From Carcharhinus amblyrhynchos (taxonomy: Eukaryota), in the NCBI GenBank assembly GCA_965287045.1, contig OZ336873.1, forward strand, positions 26,040,001 to 26,104,000: a stretch of 64,000 nt of DNA. Reading direction: 5' to 3'. Shown here piece after piece: positions 63,330-64,000 of this stretch (the first letter of the stretch is position 1; each line of letters begins with the position of its first letter). The translations under genes were made by a program, and so were the position numbers. Under the pieces are notes generated by a model. That model did no database searches. It had not been told where the DNA came from and was given only the letters and a program-made list of their open reading frames with translations.

Positions 63330-64000
63330 GGTCTACAGCACAGAAATAGCCCTTTGGCCCATCAATATGTGCTGATCAAAAACAGCCCTCTAACTATTCT
63401 AATCCCATTTTCCAGCACTTGGCCCATAACCTTGTATGCCTTGGCATCGCAAGTGCACATAATAATAATTCTTAAATGTTTTGAGGGTCTCTGCCTCCAC
63501 CACCCTTTCAGACAGTGAGTTCCAGACTCCCACCATCCTCTGGGTGAAAAAGTATTTCCTCACATCCTCCTAACTCTCTTTCTCCTTACTTTAAATCTAT
63601 GTCCCCAGTTAATTGATCCCTCCCCCAAGGGGGAAAGTTTCTTCCTATCTACTCTACTAATGCCTCTCATAATTTTATACACCTAATCATGTTCCCTCTC
63701 AGTCTCCTCTGCTCCAAGGAAACTACTCCAATTTATCCAATCTCTCTTCATAAATAAAACTCTCCAGCCCAGGCAACATGCTGGTAAATCTCCAGTTCAT
63801 CCTTTCCAGTGCTATCACATCCCTCCTATAATATGGATTCCATAACTGCACACAGTACTCTAGCTGTGGCCTTACCAACATTTTATGCAGTTCCAGCATA
63901 ACCTCCCTGCTCTTAAACTTGGCTAATAAAGGCAAGTACACCAAATGCCTTTCTAACCATCTAATCCACCTGTCCGCCTACCTTAAGCGGTCAGTGTACA
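63330..64000 (-). mobile_element. CR1 3' fragment running off the window
   Basis: Minus SREVMLELHKMLVRPQLEYCVQLWNPYYRRDVIALE; 3' tail at ~63330-63370. Confidence 0.9.

Overview
Eukaryotic, repeat-rich vertebrate DNA, very probably a shark or other elasmobranch, judged from HE1-type V-SINEs, SacSINE1-like Deu-SINEs and abundant CR1/L2 LINEs. The one host gene is the 5' end of zfpm1 (FOG1, Friend of GATA 1) on the minus strand. It has a CpG-island promoter at ~56.7-57.4 kb, coding exon 1 (56848-56887, MSRRKQSNPRQIK, the NuRD-binding motif), a 46,989-bp intron 1 and coding exon 2 (9727-9858). I found no exon 3 in the window, so it probably lies beyond the left edge. Most of the ORF track is retroposon remnants or noise. 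Points of interest: a ~590-bp array of 29-bp units rich in E-box, GATA and AGGTCA motifs directly upstream of the promoter; a 13-site WGATAR cluster ~3 kb into intron 1; a possible alternative upstream donor plus Met19 that could give a FOG1 without the NuRD motif; a decayed, intron-containing PIF/Harbinger Myb/SANT gene upstream; and nested transposon insertions. There is no CRISPR or prokaryotic system, and I cannot demonstrate a wholly new biological system from the sequence alone. Repeat boundaries are approximate and read by eye, and family names come from recalled consensus sequences, not database searches.
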